A program made the position numbers and the translations under genes. Shown here piece by piece: positions 42,010 to 55,084 of a DNA stretch of 64,000 nucleotides (position 1 is the stretch's first letter; each line of letters begins with the position of its first letter). The notes under the pieces are model-generated. The model was not told the DNA's origin. It worked only from the letters and a program-made list of their open reading frames with translations, and ran no database searches. Source of the DNA: Macrostomum lignano (lineage: Eukaryota); NCBI GenBank assembly GCA_002269645.1, contig NIVC01000327.1:372001-436000 (forward strand), given 5' to 3'.

Positions 42010-43330
42010 TCTCCTCTTCTCTCCTCACCTCACCTCACCTCTCCTCTCCTCTCCTCTCCTCTCCTCTCCTCTCCTCTCCTCTCCTCTCCTCTCCTCTCCT
42101 CTCCTCTCCTTTCCTCTCCTCTCCTCTCCTCTCCTCTCCTCACCTCTCCTCTCCTCCTCTCCTCTCCTCTCCTCTCCTCTCCTCTCTCTCCTCTCCTCTC
42201 CTCTCCTCTCCTCTCTCCTCTCCTCTCCTCTCCTCTCCTCTCCTCTCCTCTCCTCTCCTCTCCTCTCCTCTCCTCTCCTCTCCTCTCCTCTCTCTCTCTC
42301 TCTCCTCACCTCACCTCTCCTCTCCTCTCCTCTCCTCTCCTCTCCTCTCCTCTCCTCTCCTCTCCTTTCCTCTCCTCTCCTCTCCTCTCCTCACCTCTCC
42401 TCTCCTTTCCTCTCCTCTCCTCTCCTCTCCTCTCCTCTCCTCTCCTCTCCTTTCCTCTCCTCTCCTCTCCTCTCCTCTCCTCTCCTCTCCTCTCCTCTCC
42501 TCTCCTCTCCTTTCCTCTCCTCTCCTCTCCTCACCTCTCCTCTCCTCTCCTCTCCTCTCCTCTCCTCTCCTCTCCTCTCCTCTCCTCTCCTCTCCTCTCC
42601 TCTCCTCTCCTCTCCTCTCCTCTCCTCTCCTTTCCTCTCCTCTCCTCTCCTCTCCTCACCTCTCCTCTCCTTTCCTCTCCTCTCCTCTCCTCTCCTCTCC
42701 TCTCCTCTCCTCACCTCACCTCTCCTCTCCTCTCCTCTCCTCTCCTCTCCTCTCCTCTCCTCACCTCTCCTCTCCTCTCCTCTCCTCTCCTCTCCTCTCC
42801 TCTCCTCACCTCACCTCTCCTCTCCTCTCCTCTCCTCTCCTCTCCTCTCCTCTCCTCTCCTCTCCTCTCCTCTCCTCTCCTCTCTCGCCTCCTCTCCTCT
42901 CCTCACCTCTCCTCTCCTCTCCTCTCCTCTCCTCTCCTCTCCTCTCCTCTCCTCTCCTCTCCTCTCCTCACCTCTCCTCTCCTCTCGCCTCCTCTCGTCT
43001 CCTCACCTCTCCTCTCCTCTCCTCTCCTCTCCTCTCCTCTCCTCTCCTCTCCCCTCCTCCCTCTCGCCTCCTCTCCTCTCCTCTCCTCTCCTCTCCTCTC
43101 CTCTCCTCTCCTCTCCTCTCCTCCTCTCCTCTCCTCTCCTCTCCTCTCCTCTCCTCTCCTCTCCTCTTGCCTCCTCTCCTCTCCTCCCCCCTCTCCCCTC
43201 CTTTCTTATTCTATTCTATCCTTTCCTCACCTCTCCTCACCTCCTCCTCACTATCTTTACCTCTCAATTTCTCATCGCCTCTCCTCTTCTGTCCTTTCTT
43301 TCTCAGTCCCCTTTCTCCCCTCTCCTTTCT
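42010..43330. repeat. (CTCCT)n pentamer microsatellite
   Basis: Direct observation; explains the 509-aa and 454-aa ORFs. Confidence 0.97.
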
Positions 43331-43889
43331 TCTTTCAGAGTTTTTGCTAAAATTATGTTTCCAATTAAGATAGTGTCGTTTCTTGCAAAAATTCCTATTT
43401 CCCCCCACCGTAGCTTAAGTGTGTTTTTTTGCGCAAAAATGGACTCAATTATTTTCTTAGAAACTATAATGCTCCTGCCGCATCTACTTACTCAGCCTCT
43501 CTTAGCTGCATCCAGAAGTTTTAATCCATGTTGTCATGACAACGTTAAAAATGGATGCTGTCTTCGATGCTATGTGCCCGTTTGTGTCAGCTGTCCAGTC
43601 ATTGACGTAAATCATTCCTCACTCTGTGTCTAATTTTAAACTAGAGAGACTTCTTGTTGGTCCAATCACGCAGACCCGCGACTGCTGCATGTGAATATTA
43701 ACAGCTAATTTCGCGGGACTCAGGACCGTCGCATCAAAAAATTTTTTATGTGCAAAAATACTGAAGCATTGCAACATGAAATTAGCCTTAAGTCTGTACA
43801 CCTTGGCCTTCTTGACTTCTCTGGCTTGTGGTGAGTCAACACAATGTCAGTTTTGTAAAATGATATTTAAGCTTACGTGCTACACGGGT

Positions 43890-44580
43890 CTCTCCTGACA
43901 TCTTCACTGCGTGTGTCCTCTGACACCCCACTGTCTCTCCTGACATCTTTACTGCGTGTGTCCTCTGACACCCCACTGACTCTCCTGACATCTTCACTGC
44001 GTGTGTCCTCTGACACCCCACTGACTCTCCTGACATCTTCACTGCGTGTGTCCTCTGACACCCCACTGACTCTTTTGACATCTTCACTGCGTGTGTCCTC
44101 TGACACCCACTGTCTCTCCTGACATCTTCACTGTGTGTGTCCTCTGACACCCCACTGTCTCTCCTGACATCTTCACTGTGTGTGTCTTCTGACACCCCAC
44201 TGTCTCTCCTGACATCTTCACTGCGTGTGACCTCTGACACCCCACTGACTCTCCTGACATCTTCACTGCGTTATCCTCTGACACCCCACTGACTCTCCTG
44301 ACATCTTCACTGCGTGTGTCCTCTGACACCCACTGTCTCTCCTGACATCTTCACTGTGTGTGTCTTCTGACACCCCACTGTCTCTCCTGACATCTTCACT
44401 GTGTGTGTCCTCTGACACCCCACTGTCTCTCCTGACATCTTCACTGCGTGTGACCTCTGACACCCCACTGTCTCTCCTGACATCTTCACTGCGTGTGTCC
44501 TCTGACACCCCACTGTCTCTCCTGACATCTTCACTGCGTGTGTCCTCTGACACCCCACTGTCTCTCCTGACATCGTCACT
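43890..44580. repeat. 45-bp minisatellite in intron 1 of copy 1
   Basis: 15-aa periodicity; shorter inverted homologous array at 58855-59140. Confidence 0.93.
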
Positions 44581-45027
44581 GACCCCGTCGCTAGCCAGTG
44601 GGACACCAGCTAACTCTATCAAAGTCTTCTTCTTCTGCCAGAAGTACAGCTTGCACTTTTGAATCCTGTCACGCAACTCCCATCTGATCTCCCCAACTTG
44701 CTCGCAGCCGATGTGCCGCCATTCGAGCTCACAGAGGCCCCGGTCCAGCTCAACGCCTCCTCGAGCAGCGAGCTTTTCAACTCTACCGGCCTGCGCTCCG
44801 ACTCCGAGTGCCTCGCCGTCTGTCGGTCGCGTGACTGTCTGGCAACCGCCTTCGTTCCGTCGACCGGCTTCTGTCAGCAGCTGTTGGTGCACCACGATTC
44901 TCTGGGCCAGCAGCCTCAGGAGACTCGCGTGGACAGGCGACTGGGAGCCGAGCTGGGCGACTCCGGGCATGCGCGTGTGGCGGCGAGAGGACTTCAACAG
45001 CCAGGTTGGGCAACGCCGCATCGGAGC

Positions 45028-45330
45028 ACCTACGACGACAACTCCGACGACTACTCCAACGACAACTCCGACGACTACTCCGACGACTACTCCGACGACA
45101 ACTCCGACGACTACTTCGACGACAACTCCGACGACAACTCCGATGACAATTCCGACGACTACTCCGACGACAACTCCGACGACAACTCCGATGACAATTC
45201 CGACGACTACTCCGACGACAACTCCGACGACAACTCCGACGACTACTCCGACGACTACTCCGACGACTACTCCGACGACTACTCCGACGACAACTCCGAC
45301 GACTACTCCGACGACTACTTCGACTACAAC
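45028..45330 (+). repeat. Exonic 12-bp repeat (GACGACAACTCC/GACGACTACTCC)n encoding (PTTT)n
   Basis: Lies inside exon 2 upstream of the GTAAGC donor at 45366; absent from copy 2. Confidence 0.85.
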
Positions 45331-45792
45331 TGCCCCTCCAGTCAGCTACACTATTCAATTTCAAAGTAAGCACTTCCTGATTTAGCATGTACGCGTTAGC
45401 CAATGAGGCACCCAGAAAAAACAAAAAGTGCAGTTATGATCGTGTTATATTTTACAGATACAAACACAGGACCTTCCGGCTCGGTGCAGCAGCTGTAAAT
45501 CAACGCCACCGGTTGCTACCTCATCGAGGCCTCCGGAGCCTGGGGCGGCAACAACACCAGCAGCGGCAAGCTGGGGGGCAAAGGCGCTCTGGCCAAGGGT
45601 AACTTCAGCCTGACTCTGGGCACAACTCTGAGCATCCTTGTTGGTCAGGCGGGCGCAGAGCCCAGTCACCAGTACGGCGGTGCCGGCGGAGGCGGCGGCA
45701 GCTTTGTATTTATCAACAGCGTCTGGACCCAACTCCTGGTAGCTGCTGGTGGCGGCGGCGGAGCGACATGGTCTTTTGACGGTGAGCTGTGA

Positions 45793-46177
45793 CAGGTTAC
45801 CGTCTGCAGGATGCTGGGACCCATTGAGAGTGATGCTACATAGGTTACCGTCTGCAGGATGCTGGGACCCATTGAGAGTGATGCTACATAGGTTACCGTC
45901 TGCAGGATGCTGGGACCCATTGGGAGTGATGCTACATAGGTTACCGTCTGCAGGATGCTGGGACCCATTGAGAGTGATGCTACATAGGTTACCGTCTGCA
46001 GGATGCTGCAGGGACCCATTGAGAGTGATGCTACATAGGTTACCGTCTGCAGGATGCTGGGACCCATTGGGAGTGATGCTACATAGGTTACCGTCTGCAG
46101 GATGCTGGGACCCATTGGGAGTGATGCTACATAGGTTACCGTCTGCAGGATGCTGGGACCCATTGAGAGTGCTACAT
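45793..46177. repeat. 48-bp minisatellite in intron 3 of copy 1
   Basis: 16-aa periodicity (LHRLPSAGCWDPLRVM). Confidence 0.93.
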
Positions 46178-46897
46178 GTTTGCTCTCACCCCAGGTCTTC
46201 CCGGCCAGTCCGGCGTGAACGGCACCGACGCTACCGAATCGAGTTCCGGCAGGCAGAGCTTCGATCACGGCGGTGCCAACGGTGCTGCTGGCTACAACCT
46301 TCCTCAGGAAGTGCAGAGCTCCGCTACTCACGGCGGCTGCGGCTCGGGCTGGAATGGCAAGGCTGACAATGTCAGACGAGGCAACAATGACGGCGAACGA
46401 GGCGGATGGCTGTTCGACAGCACCGAAGGCGCTGGCGGAGCTGGTGGCACCTATAGCGGCGGCGGAGGCGGAAGCGGAAGCGGCACGGGCACCGGAGGCT
46501 TCGGCGGAGGCGGTGGAGGCGGCTGTGGCGGCAGCAGCAATAAGTGCAACGGTGCCTGCTCCGGCCAGTGCAAATCCTCTGGCGGAGGCGGAGGCGGCTA
46601 CAGCGGCGGCGGCTCCGGAGTCAACGAAGATCAAGCCGGTGGCGGCGGCGGCTCCTACTGCTCCGGTGCCGGCTGCTCCAGCGTCACAGGCGGCTCGGTG
46701 AACTCGGCGAATCCGCACGGTCTGGTGACGGTGACCGGGCCTGGCGGCGGCACCTGCTGAGGGCTGAGCACTCGGGAGTTGAGCAAGTTGAGCACTCGGG
46801 ATCTACGGAAAATAACGGAATGACGAGAGGATGTTTATGAGTTTAAACTGAAAACTTTAAACAATATAGTCGGCCACTAGCAGTAGTGAGTAGAATC

Positions 46898-47935
46898 TAG
46901 CTACAGAGGGGGACAGAGGGGGCGCCAGCTACAGAGGGGGACAGAGGGGGCGCCAGCTACAGAGGGGGACAGAGGGGGCGCCAGCTACAGAGGGGGAAAT
47001 AGGGGGCGCCAGCTACAGAGGGGGACAGAGGGGGCGCCAGCTACAGAGGGGGACAGAGGGGGCGCCAGCTACAGAGGGTCGCCAGTGACAGAGGGGGCGC
47101 CAGCTACAGAGGGGGCGCCAGCTACAGAGGGGGACAGAGGGCGCGCCAGCTACAGAGGGTCGCCAGTGACAGAGGGGGCGCCAGCTACAGAGGGGGCGCC
47201 AGCTACAGAGGAGGGCGCCAGCTACAGAGGGGGACAGAGGGGGCATCTACAGAGGGGGGCGCCAGCCACAGAGGGGGACAGAGGGGGCATCTATATAGGG
47301 GGGCGCCAACTACAGAGGGGGACAGAGGGGGCATCTACAGAGGGGGGCATCTACAGAGGGGGGCGCCAGCCACAGAGGGGGACAGAGGGGGCATCTATAT
47401 AGGGGGGCGCCAGCTACAGAGGGTCGCCAGTGACAGAGGGGGGCGCCAGCTACAGAGGGGGACAGAGGGGCATCTATTTAGGGGGGCGCCAGCTACAGAG
47501 GGTCGCCAGTGACAGAGGGGGGCGCCAGCTACAGAGGGGGACAGAGGGGGCATCTTTATAGGGGGGCGCCAGCTACAGAGGGTCGCCAGTGACAGAAGGG
47601 GGCGCCAGCTACAGAGGGGGACAGAGGGGGCATCTACAGAGGGGGGCGCCAGCTACAGAGGGGGCGCCAGCTACAGAGGGGGCGCCAGCTACAGAGGGGG
47701 CGCCAGCTACAGAGGGGGCGCCAGCTACAGAGGGGCCGCCAGCAACAGAGGGGGCGCCAGCAACAGAGGGGGGCGCCAGCTACAGAGGGGGCGCCAGCTA
47801 CAGAGGGGGCGCCAGCTACAGAGGGGGCGCCAGCTACAGAGGGGGCGCCAGCTACAGAGGGGGCGCCAGCTACAGAGGGGCCGCCAGCAACAGAGGGGGC
47901 GCCAGCAACAGAGGGGGGCGCCAGCTACAGAGGGT
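46898..47935. repeat. 18-bp minisatellite (AGCTACAGAGGGGGCGCC)n
   Basis: Inverted homologue at 55085-55705. Confidence 0.94.
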
Positions 47936-48454
47936 GTCGATGTTGAGTTGTCTTTACAAATTCAGCGAAGCTTCAGTCAGTGGGCCATAAATATCAATCA
48001 TATTTGAATGCAAAATTTAAACTTTAACTCGAATCAGCTTTTGTTTCAGTTTAGTGTGTTATAGTTTAATGTACTTTTATTTTAGTCTAACCTTCAAGTC
48101 AATATTAATATAATCGATTTTTACTACATGCACTCCTATAAGTCAATGATAATACCCCCTATCTAAAAGTTTTTTCTAACATATTTCAAAGACCGCCATT
48201 TTTTGATGAACAAAGAAAGTTCTTAAACTACCTTGTTTATACGCTTCTTTTTAAAACAAACCGTTTTTTAACAAACATGTTTTTCTGTCTGGACTGTCCC
48301 TGAAAACCATTTTATTAAATACACTGGAAAACTTGACCGAGAATATTCTGTTTTTAATGCCCTCCCAACAAGTGCATTGGCATGGTGACTTGCTTTTTTA
48401 ATGGGGTAGCAGAGTGAGTCTGGTTTTAGGTACTCTGAGTGAGTCCCCGAATCC

Positions 48455-49095
48455 CTCACTGATCCTCTAGATCCCTCACTGAGTCCTTAGATCCCTCACT
48501 GATCTTCTAGATCCCTCACTGAGTCCCCAGATCCCTCACTATGTCCTTAGATCCCAATGAGTCCCTAGATCCCTCACTGATCTTCTAGATCCCTCAGTGA
48601 GTAACTAGATCCTTCACTGAGTCCCTAGATCCCTCACTGTGTCCTTAGATCCCCAATGAGTCCCTAGATCCCTCACTGAGTCCTTAGATCCCTCACTGAG
48701 TCCTTAGATCCCTCACTGAGTCTTTAGATCCCTCACTGAGTCCTTAGATCCCTCACTGAGTCTTTAGATCCCTCACTGATCTTCTAGATCCCTCAGAGAT
48801 TAACTAGATCCCTCACTGATCCCTAGATCCCTCACTGAGTCCCTAGATCCCTCACTGATTCTGTAGATCCCTCAGTGAGTCCCTAGATCTCTCACTGAGT
48901 CTCTAGATCCCTCACCGAGTCCCTAGATTCTTTACTGATCCTCTAGATCCCTCTCTCAGTCCCTAGATCCCTCACTAATTCTGTAGATCCCTCAGTGAGT
49001 CCCTAGATCTCTCACTGAGTCTCTAGATCCCTCACCGAGTCCCTAGATCCTTTACTGATCCTCTAGATCCCTCTCTCAGTCCCTAGATCCCACTG
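48455..49095. repeat. 20-bp minisatellite (TAGATCCCTCACTGAGTCCC)n
   Basis: Inverted homologue at 54205-54615. Confidence 0.92.
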
Positions 49096-49429
49096 AACCC
49101 CTACATGTAGATCCTAGTTTCCTCGACAACCTCATTCAGGTGACTAACCTGTAGCCCAACAAAGGCAGGCCCACGGAAAAATGTGATGCTCAAAAATTCA
49201 CAGCAGGTTGAATTCTGGGCCTTCCCAAAAACTCTTTTTTAAATCCTTCTGGCAAGAAATATTTAGCACAGTCAAAGGCTGGTTACTAAGCAATTAAAAC
49301 TCAGAGAAAAGATGAAACAAAGAAGATTTTAACTTGCCTGTTCTATTCAGAGTCTTCTCTTTATCTCTTTTGTCTGACAGCTGTTGTTAAAATAAAGGCA
49401 GATATAGCTTACTGACTGGGAGAGTATAA

Positions 49430-50145
49430 TGAGTAGAGTAGAGCAGAGTAGGTTAGATAAGAGTAGAGTAGAGTGGAGTAGAGTGCAGTGGAGTGGAGTG
49501 GAGTGGAGTGGAGTGGAGTGGAGTGGAGTGGAGTGGAGTGGAGTGGAGTGGAGTGGAGTGGAGTGGAGTAGAGTGGAGTAGAGTGGAGTAGAGTGGAGTT
49601 GAGTGGAGTAGAGTGGAGTAGAGTGGAGTAGAGTGGAGTGGAGTGGAGTGGAGTGGAGTAGAGTGGATTGGAGTGGAGTGGAGTGGAGTGGAGTGGAGTG
49701 GAGTGGAGTGGAGTGGAGTGGAGTAGAGTGGAGTTGAGTGGAGTAGAGTGGAGTAGAGTGGAGTAGAGTGGAGTAGAGTGGAGTGGAGTGGAGTAGAGTG
49801 GAGTAGAGTGGAGTAGAGTGGAGTGGAGTGGAGTGGAGTAGAGTGGAGTAGAGTGGAGTTGAGTGGAGTAGAGTGGAGTAGAGTGGAGTAGAGTGGAGTA
49901 GAGTGGAGTAGAGTGGAGTTGAGTGGAGTAGAGTGGAGTTGAGTGGAGTTGAGTGGAGTAGAGTGGAGTAGAGTGGAGTAGAGTGGAGTAGAGTGGAGTA
50001 GAGTGGAGTGGAGTAGAGTAGAGTGGAGTGGAGTTGAGTGGAGTGGAGTGGAGGAGAGTGGAGTACAGTAGAGTATCGCAAAGTAGACCAGAGTAGGATA
50101 AAGTAGGGTGCACTGGAATAGAGCAGAGTCGATGTAGTTAGAGTG
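49430..50145. repeat. (GAGTG/GAGTA)n pentamer microsatellite
   Basis: Direct observation. Confidence 0.96.
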
Positions 50146-51056
50146 GAATATTAGCAAAGCAGCAGCTCACTCATACTGTTTGAAGGCAGACATGCCAGCA
50201 AATTCTGCATTGCCCAACCTGCATTTGAGCCGTGTTCGCAAACAGCTCCAGCTTAATTCCTAACTGTCCTTTTCTTAATCCCCCCCTGGTTCAGCACTTA
50301 TTATTCTTGAAGTGAACAAACCCTGTCTCTCTCTACACGCAAGACAACTACCCCCCCCAGCCAGAGCTGGTCTCAACTTTGAAAATTTAATTAAACCTCA
50401 GCAGATGGAAGAGAGCAGTGGCGCATAGGAGAAAGGCAGGGAGCAAACAGAGCTAATTGTTAGCAGAGAGGTGACAGAACGGTGCATATTTAAGTACGAT
50501 ATGGCTGGCAAGTTGCCGCTTTGCTATATGAAAGACTGCAAGGCTCTCTAGACCGTTTTTCTCAACTGCAAAAAACGAATAAATCGAGGCCCATCACCCT
50601 GCCTGTCTGAGACTAGACTCAAAAAAGCCTTTAGAAGACCAGAAATGGAAGACCCAGACGTGAAACTGAGAAGCTGCAAATCTGCCCGACCAGACATGGC
50701 TCGGAGATCCCGGTAACATAATTTATTATTAATAATATAGATTGATTAATGAGTAGTGAGTTTATCAACTGTGTCGCATTGCAGCACTGACAATCGCTGG
50801 GATCCCTGGGATCCGGTGGTCCAGGCTCGAATCCTGCCGCTCGGCACTAAGCACTGGAGTCAGATGAAGGCTCAGGTATGTAGAGGAAGTAGAATGTACA
50901 CTCTGTGTGACTTAGAGGCTGGCCCTCATGGACATCGGAAGTACATACATTTGTACTCAATTTATGCATATCAAGTTGCTTCGATACATATCGTCAAGTA
51001 ATATAGTCAATAACGAAGTATACTTACCTGCAAATCTTGCTGATAGCACATCTTAT

Positions 51057-51652
51057 TGAGCACATCTCACTGAGCACATCTCACTGAGCACATCTCACTG
51101 AGCACATCTCACTGAGCACATCTCACTGAGCACATCTCACTGAGCACATCTCACTGAGCACATCTCACTGAGCACATCTCACTGAGCACATCTCACTGAG
51201 CACATCTCACTGAGCACATCTCACTGAGCACATCTCACTGAGCACATCTCACTGAGCACATCTCACTGAGCACATCTCACTGAGCACATCTCACTGAGCA
51301 CATCTCACTGAGCACATCTCACTGAGCACATCTCATCGAGCACATCTCATTGAGCACATCTCACTGAGCACATCTCACTGAGCACATCTCATTGAGCACA
51401 TCTCACTGAGCACATCTCACTGAGCACATCTCATAGAGCACATCTCATTGAGCACATCTCATTATGCACATCTCACTGAGCACATCTCACTGAGCACATC
51501 TCACTGAGCACATCTCACTGAGCACATCTCATTGAGCACATCTCACTGAGCACATCTCACTGAGCACATCTCATAGAGCACATCTCATTGAGCACATCTC
51601 ATTATGCACATCTCACTGAGCACATCTCACTGAGCACATCTCACTGAGCACA
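51057..51652. repeat. 14-bp minisatellite (GAGCACATCTCACT)n
   Basis: Direct observation. Confidence 0.96.
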
Positions 51653-52129
51653 CTAATCCCCTTTATTTTCACAGGCCACCGCAAACTGCCCCTCGACATC
51701 CAAAAAAGACACTTCGGTGCAAGTTGCTTTGCCAGACAACGAGAAGCAACAGAAGTCTGCTGGTGGAGGCCCTGAGGTTTGAAGAATCAGGAGCAGTCAG
51801 GATCTTCCCATTAGTCAAACCATTATAATTAGGCTCAAATTCCCACAACTCCGTTGTAGAAATTCAACAGACCAAGGACTGCTGCCGAAGCCACCACAGC
51901 CGCCGCCCTCCCAGTCGCCATGGACGGCTTGCGCATTCGCTGGTCACCGCATCCGGGCTCTCCAAGCTGGCTAGCGAAGCTCAACACTGGCTACAATCAG
52001 AGGGCCAGACAGGGCTTCGTGTACTGGTTCACCGGACGGCCGAAACCGACTCAATGTGAATAAAATGATAGCTGATGATGCCTGGTTTGTTGTCAAGGGG
52101 TTCTGATTAGACGCATTTGGTTCCCTTTG

Positions 52130-53135
52130 TGAGATCCTTTGATGTTACCTTAATTCCTTAATTACCTGACAAGATCCTCTGGTATTCCTTAATTCCTCTG
52201 TGAGATCCTTTTATGTGCCTTAATTTCCTACAATATCCTTTGATGCGTCTTAATTCCCTAACAAAATCCTTTGATGTGCCTTAATTCCCCTACAAGATCA
52301 TTTGATGCGCCTTAATTCCCCTACCAGATCCTTTGATGTTGCCTTAATTCCCCTACTAGATCCTTTGATGCGCCTTAATATCCCCTACCAGATCCTTTGA
52401 TGTGCCTTACTTCCCTTACAAGATCCTTTGATGTACCTTAATTCCCTTACAAGACCCTTTGATGTGCCTTAATTCCACTACCAGATCCTTTGATGTGCCT
52501 TAATTCCCCTACCAGATCCTTTGATGTGCCTTAATTCCCCTACCAGATCCTTTGATGTGCCTTAATTCCCCTACCAGATCCTTTGATGTGCCTTAATTCC
52601 CCTACCAGATCCTTTGATGTGCCTTAATTCCCCTACAAGATCCTTTGATGTTGCCTTAATTCCCCAACATTATCATTTGTTGTGTCTTAATACCCCTACT
52701 AGATCCTTTGATGTGCCTTAATTCCCCAACCAGATCCTTTGATGTTGCCTTATTTCCCCTACTAGATCCTTTGATGCGCCTTAATTCCCCTACAAGATCC
52801 TTTGATGCGCCGTAATTCCCCTACCAGATCCTTTGAAGTGCCTTAATTCCCCTACGAGATCCTTTGATGCGCCTTAATTCCCCTACCAGATCCTTTGATG
52901 TGCCTTAATTCCCCTACCAGATCCTTTGATGTGCCTTAATTCCCCAACCAGATCCTTTGATGTTGCCTTATTTCCCCTACTAGATCCTTTGATGCGCCTT
53001 AATTCCCCTACAAGATCCTTTGATGCGCCGTAATTCCCCTACCAGATCCTTTGAAGTGCCTTAATTCCCCTACGAGATCCTTTGATGCGCCTTAATTTCC
53101 CTACAAGATCCTTTGATGCGCCTTAATTCCTTAAT
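52130..53135. repeat. About 31-bp minisatellite (AGATCCTTTGATGTGCCTTAATTCCCCTACC)n
   Basis: Direct observation. Confidence 0.94.
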
Positions 53136-53571
53136 TGACTAACAATTCGACAAGAAATCGCGCCTCACCGTCCCCGCAGTCGGTCGGTACAGCACCGGAG
53201 CGAAGCACATGCAGTACGGTCTCGGCATGGCGCCAAGAAGTTAAACGAAAGTTAGAAAACATTTCGATGAAGACGAAGAAAACATTTCTGTCTTATCAAT
53301 AGCATTAACCAACAGGTCTGCACAGAATGTACGTTAACAATGAACAGTAAATATTAGTTGCATATTTTTTGCACAGGTAACGCCTTGTTAATTACAACAT
53401 AAAACTTTGAAACACTGTTTTTAAAATTGCTTTTAATCAAATATACAGTAGAAAGCTTCTAAAATATTATTTTTCGCTTACCGTATACTTCGTATCGTTA
53501 AATTTTTTTTATTTCAACGTAAATATGAATTCAGATTTTTTATTGCTATCTGTTTTAATGGATGCAAGCTG

Positions 53572-54178
53572 CGTCACTCCAAGACTCTCGATGATCTAGT
53601 GAGCGTCATTTCAAGACTCTCGATGATCTAGTGAGCGTCACTCCAAGACTCTCGATGATCTAGTGAGCGTCACTCCACTCTCGTTGATCTAGTGAGCGTC
53701 ACTCCAAGACTCTCGATGATCTAGTGAGCGTCACTCCACTCTCGTTGATCTAGTGAGCGTCACTCCAAGACTCTCGATGATCTAGTGAGCGTCACTCCGC
53801 TCTCGATGATCTAGTGAGCGTCACTCCGCTCTCGATGATCTAGTGAGCGTCACTCTCCAAGACTCTCGATGATCTAGTGAGCGTCACTCTCCAAGACTCT
53901 CGATGATCTAGTGAGCGTCACTCTCCAAGACTCTCGATGATCTAGTGAGCGTCACTCTCCAAGACTCTCGATGATCTAGTGAGCGTCACTCTCCAAGACT
54001 CTCGATGATCTAGTGAGCGTCACTCCGCTCTCGATGATATAGTGAGCGTCACTCCGCTCTCGATGATCTAGTGAGCGTCACTCCGCTCTCGATGATATAG
54101 TGAGCGTCACTCCGCTCTCGATGATCTAGTGAGCGTCACTCCGCTCTCGATGATCTTGTGAGCATCACTCCACTCTCC
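53572..54178. repeat. 28-34-bp minisatellite (CTCTCGATGATCTAGTGAGCGTCACTCC core)
   Basis: Direct observation. Confidence 0.93.
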
Positions 54179-54204
54179 AAGATACTCCAGATAGAGGTAT
54201 ATAG

Positions 54205-54615
54205 GGTGAGGGATCTAGGGACTCAGTGAGGGATCTAGGGACTCAGTGAGGGATCTAGGGACTCAGTGAGGGATCAATGGACACAGTGAGGGATCAATGG
54301 ACACAGTGTGAGATCTAGGGACTCAGTGAGGGATCAATGGACACAGTGTGAGATCTAGGGACTCAGTGAGGGATCAATGGACACAGTGTGAGATCTAGGG
54401 ACTCAGTGAGGGATCTAGGGACTCAGTGAGGGATCAATGGACACAGTGAGGGATCAATGGACACAGTGTGAGATCTAGGGACTCAGTGAGGGATCAATGG
54501 ACACAGTGTGAGATCTAGGGACTCAGTGAGGGATCAATGGACACAGTGTGAGATCTAGGGACTCAGTGAGGGATCTAGGGACTCAGTGAGGGACCTAGGG
54601 ACTCACTTAGAGGAC
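54205..54615. repeat. 20-bp minisatellite (CTCAGTGAGGGATCTAGGGA)n
   Basis: Reverse complement of 48455-49095. Confidence 0.92.
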
Positions 54616-55084
54616 TTAGGGCCACCCATTAAAGAAGCAAGTCACCATGGCACTGCAATTATTGGGACGGCATTTAAAAACAGAATAGTTTTGGTCAAAT
54701 TTTCCTGTGTATTGAATAAAAACCTCTTTAGAAACAGTCCAGAGAAAATCGGAGTTATTTTTTCAAAGCAAAAAAGTTAAAAAACTCTCTTTGTTTTACA
54801 TTATTAAATAGCGGTTTTTTACAAGCGTAAAAAGTTAGAAAAAAATTTAAGATAGGGGGAATATTATTGACTTATAAGACTAGTAAATATCGATTCTCTT
54901 GATATTGACTTGAAAGTTGAACTAAAATAGAAGTACATTTTCCTACTGAAAAAGGCTTATTTTGGGTTAAAGCATAAATATTGCATTTGATTATGATTGA
55001 TATTTATGGCACACTGACAGAAGCTTGGCTCAATTTGTAAAGACAACTCAACACCACACAGGTGAACCCGGCCTGTCTCAGTTT

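Larger units (their letters stand above)
43776..46760 (+). pseudogene. Copy 1 of the secreted PAN + Thr/Pro stalk + ALK/LTK-type glycine-rich domain gene; exons 43776-43830, 44642-45365, 45458-45781, 46195-46760; disrupted as assembled
   Basis: Signal-peptide exon MKLALSLYTLAFLTSLAC. Exon 2 is 724 nt, with an extra G at 44965-44967 relative to copy 2. In-frame TAA at 45496-45498 where copy 2 has TCA. Exons 3-4 encode GRD motifs. Confidence 0.75.
43630..49095 (+). other. Left arm of an inverted segmental duplication
   Basis: Upstream region, four exons, 45-bp intron array, 18-bp array, unique 3' DNA and 20-bp array all recur in reverse complement at 54205-59480. Confidence 0.9.
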
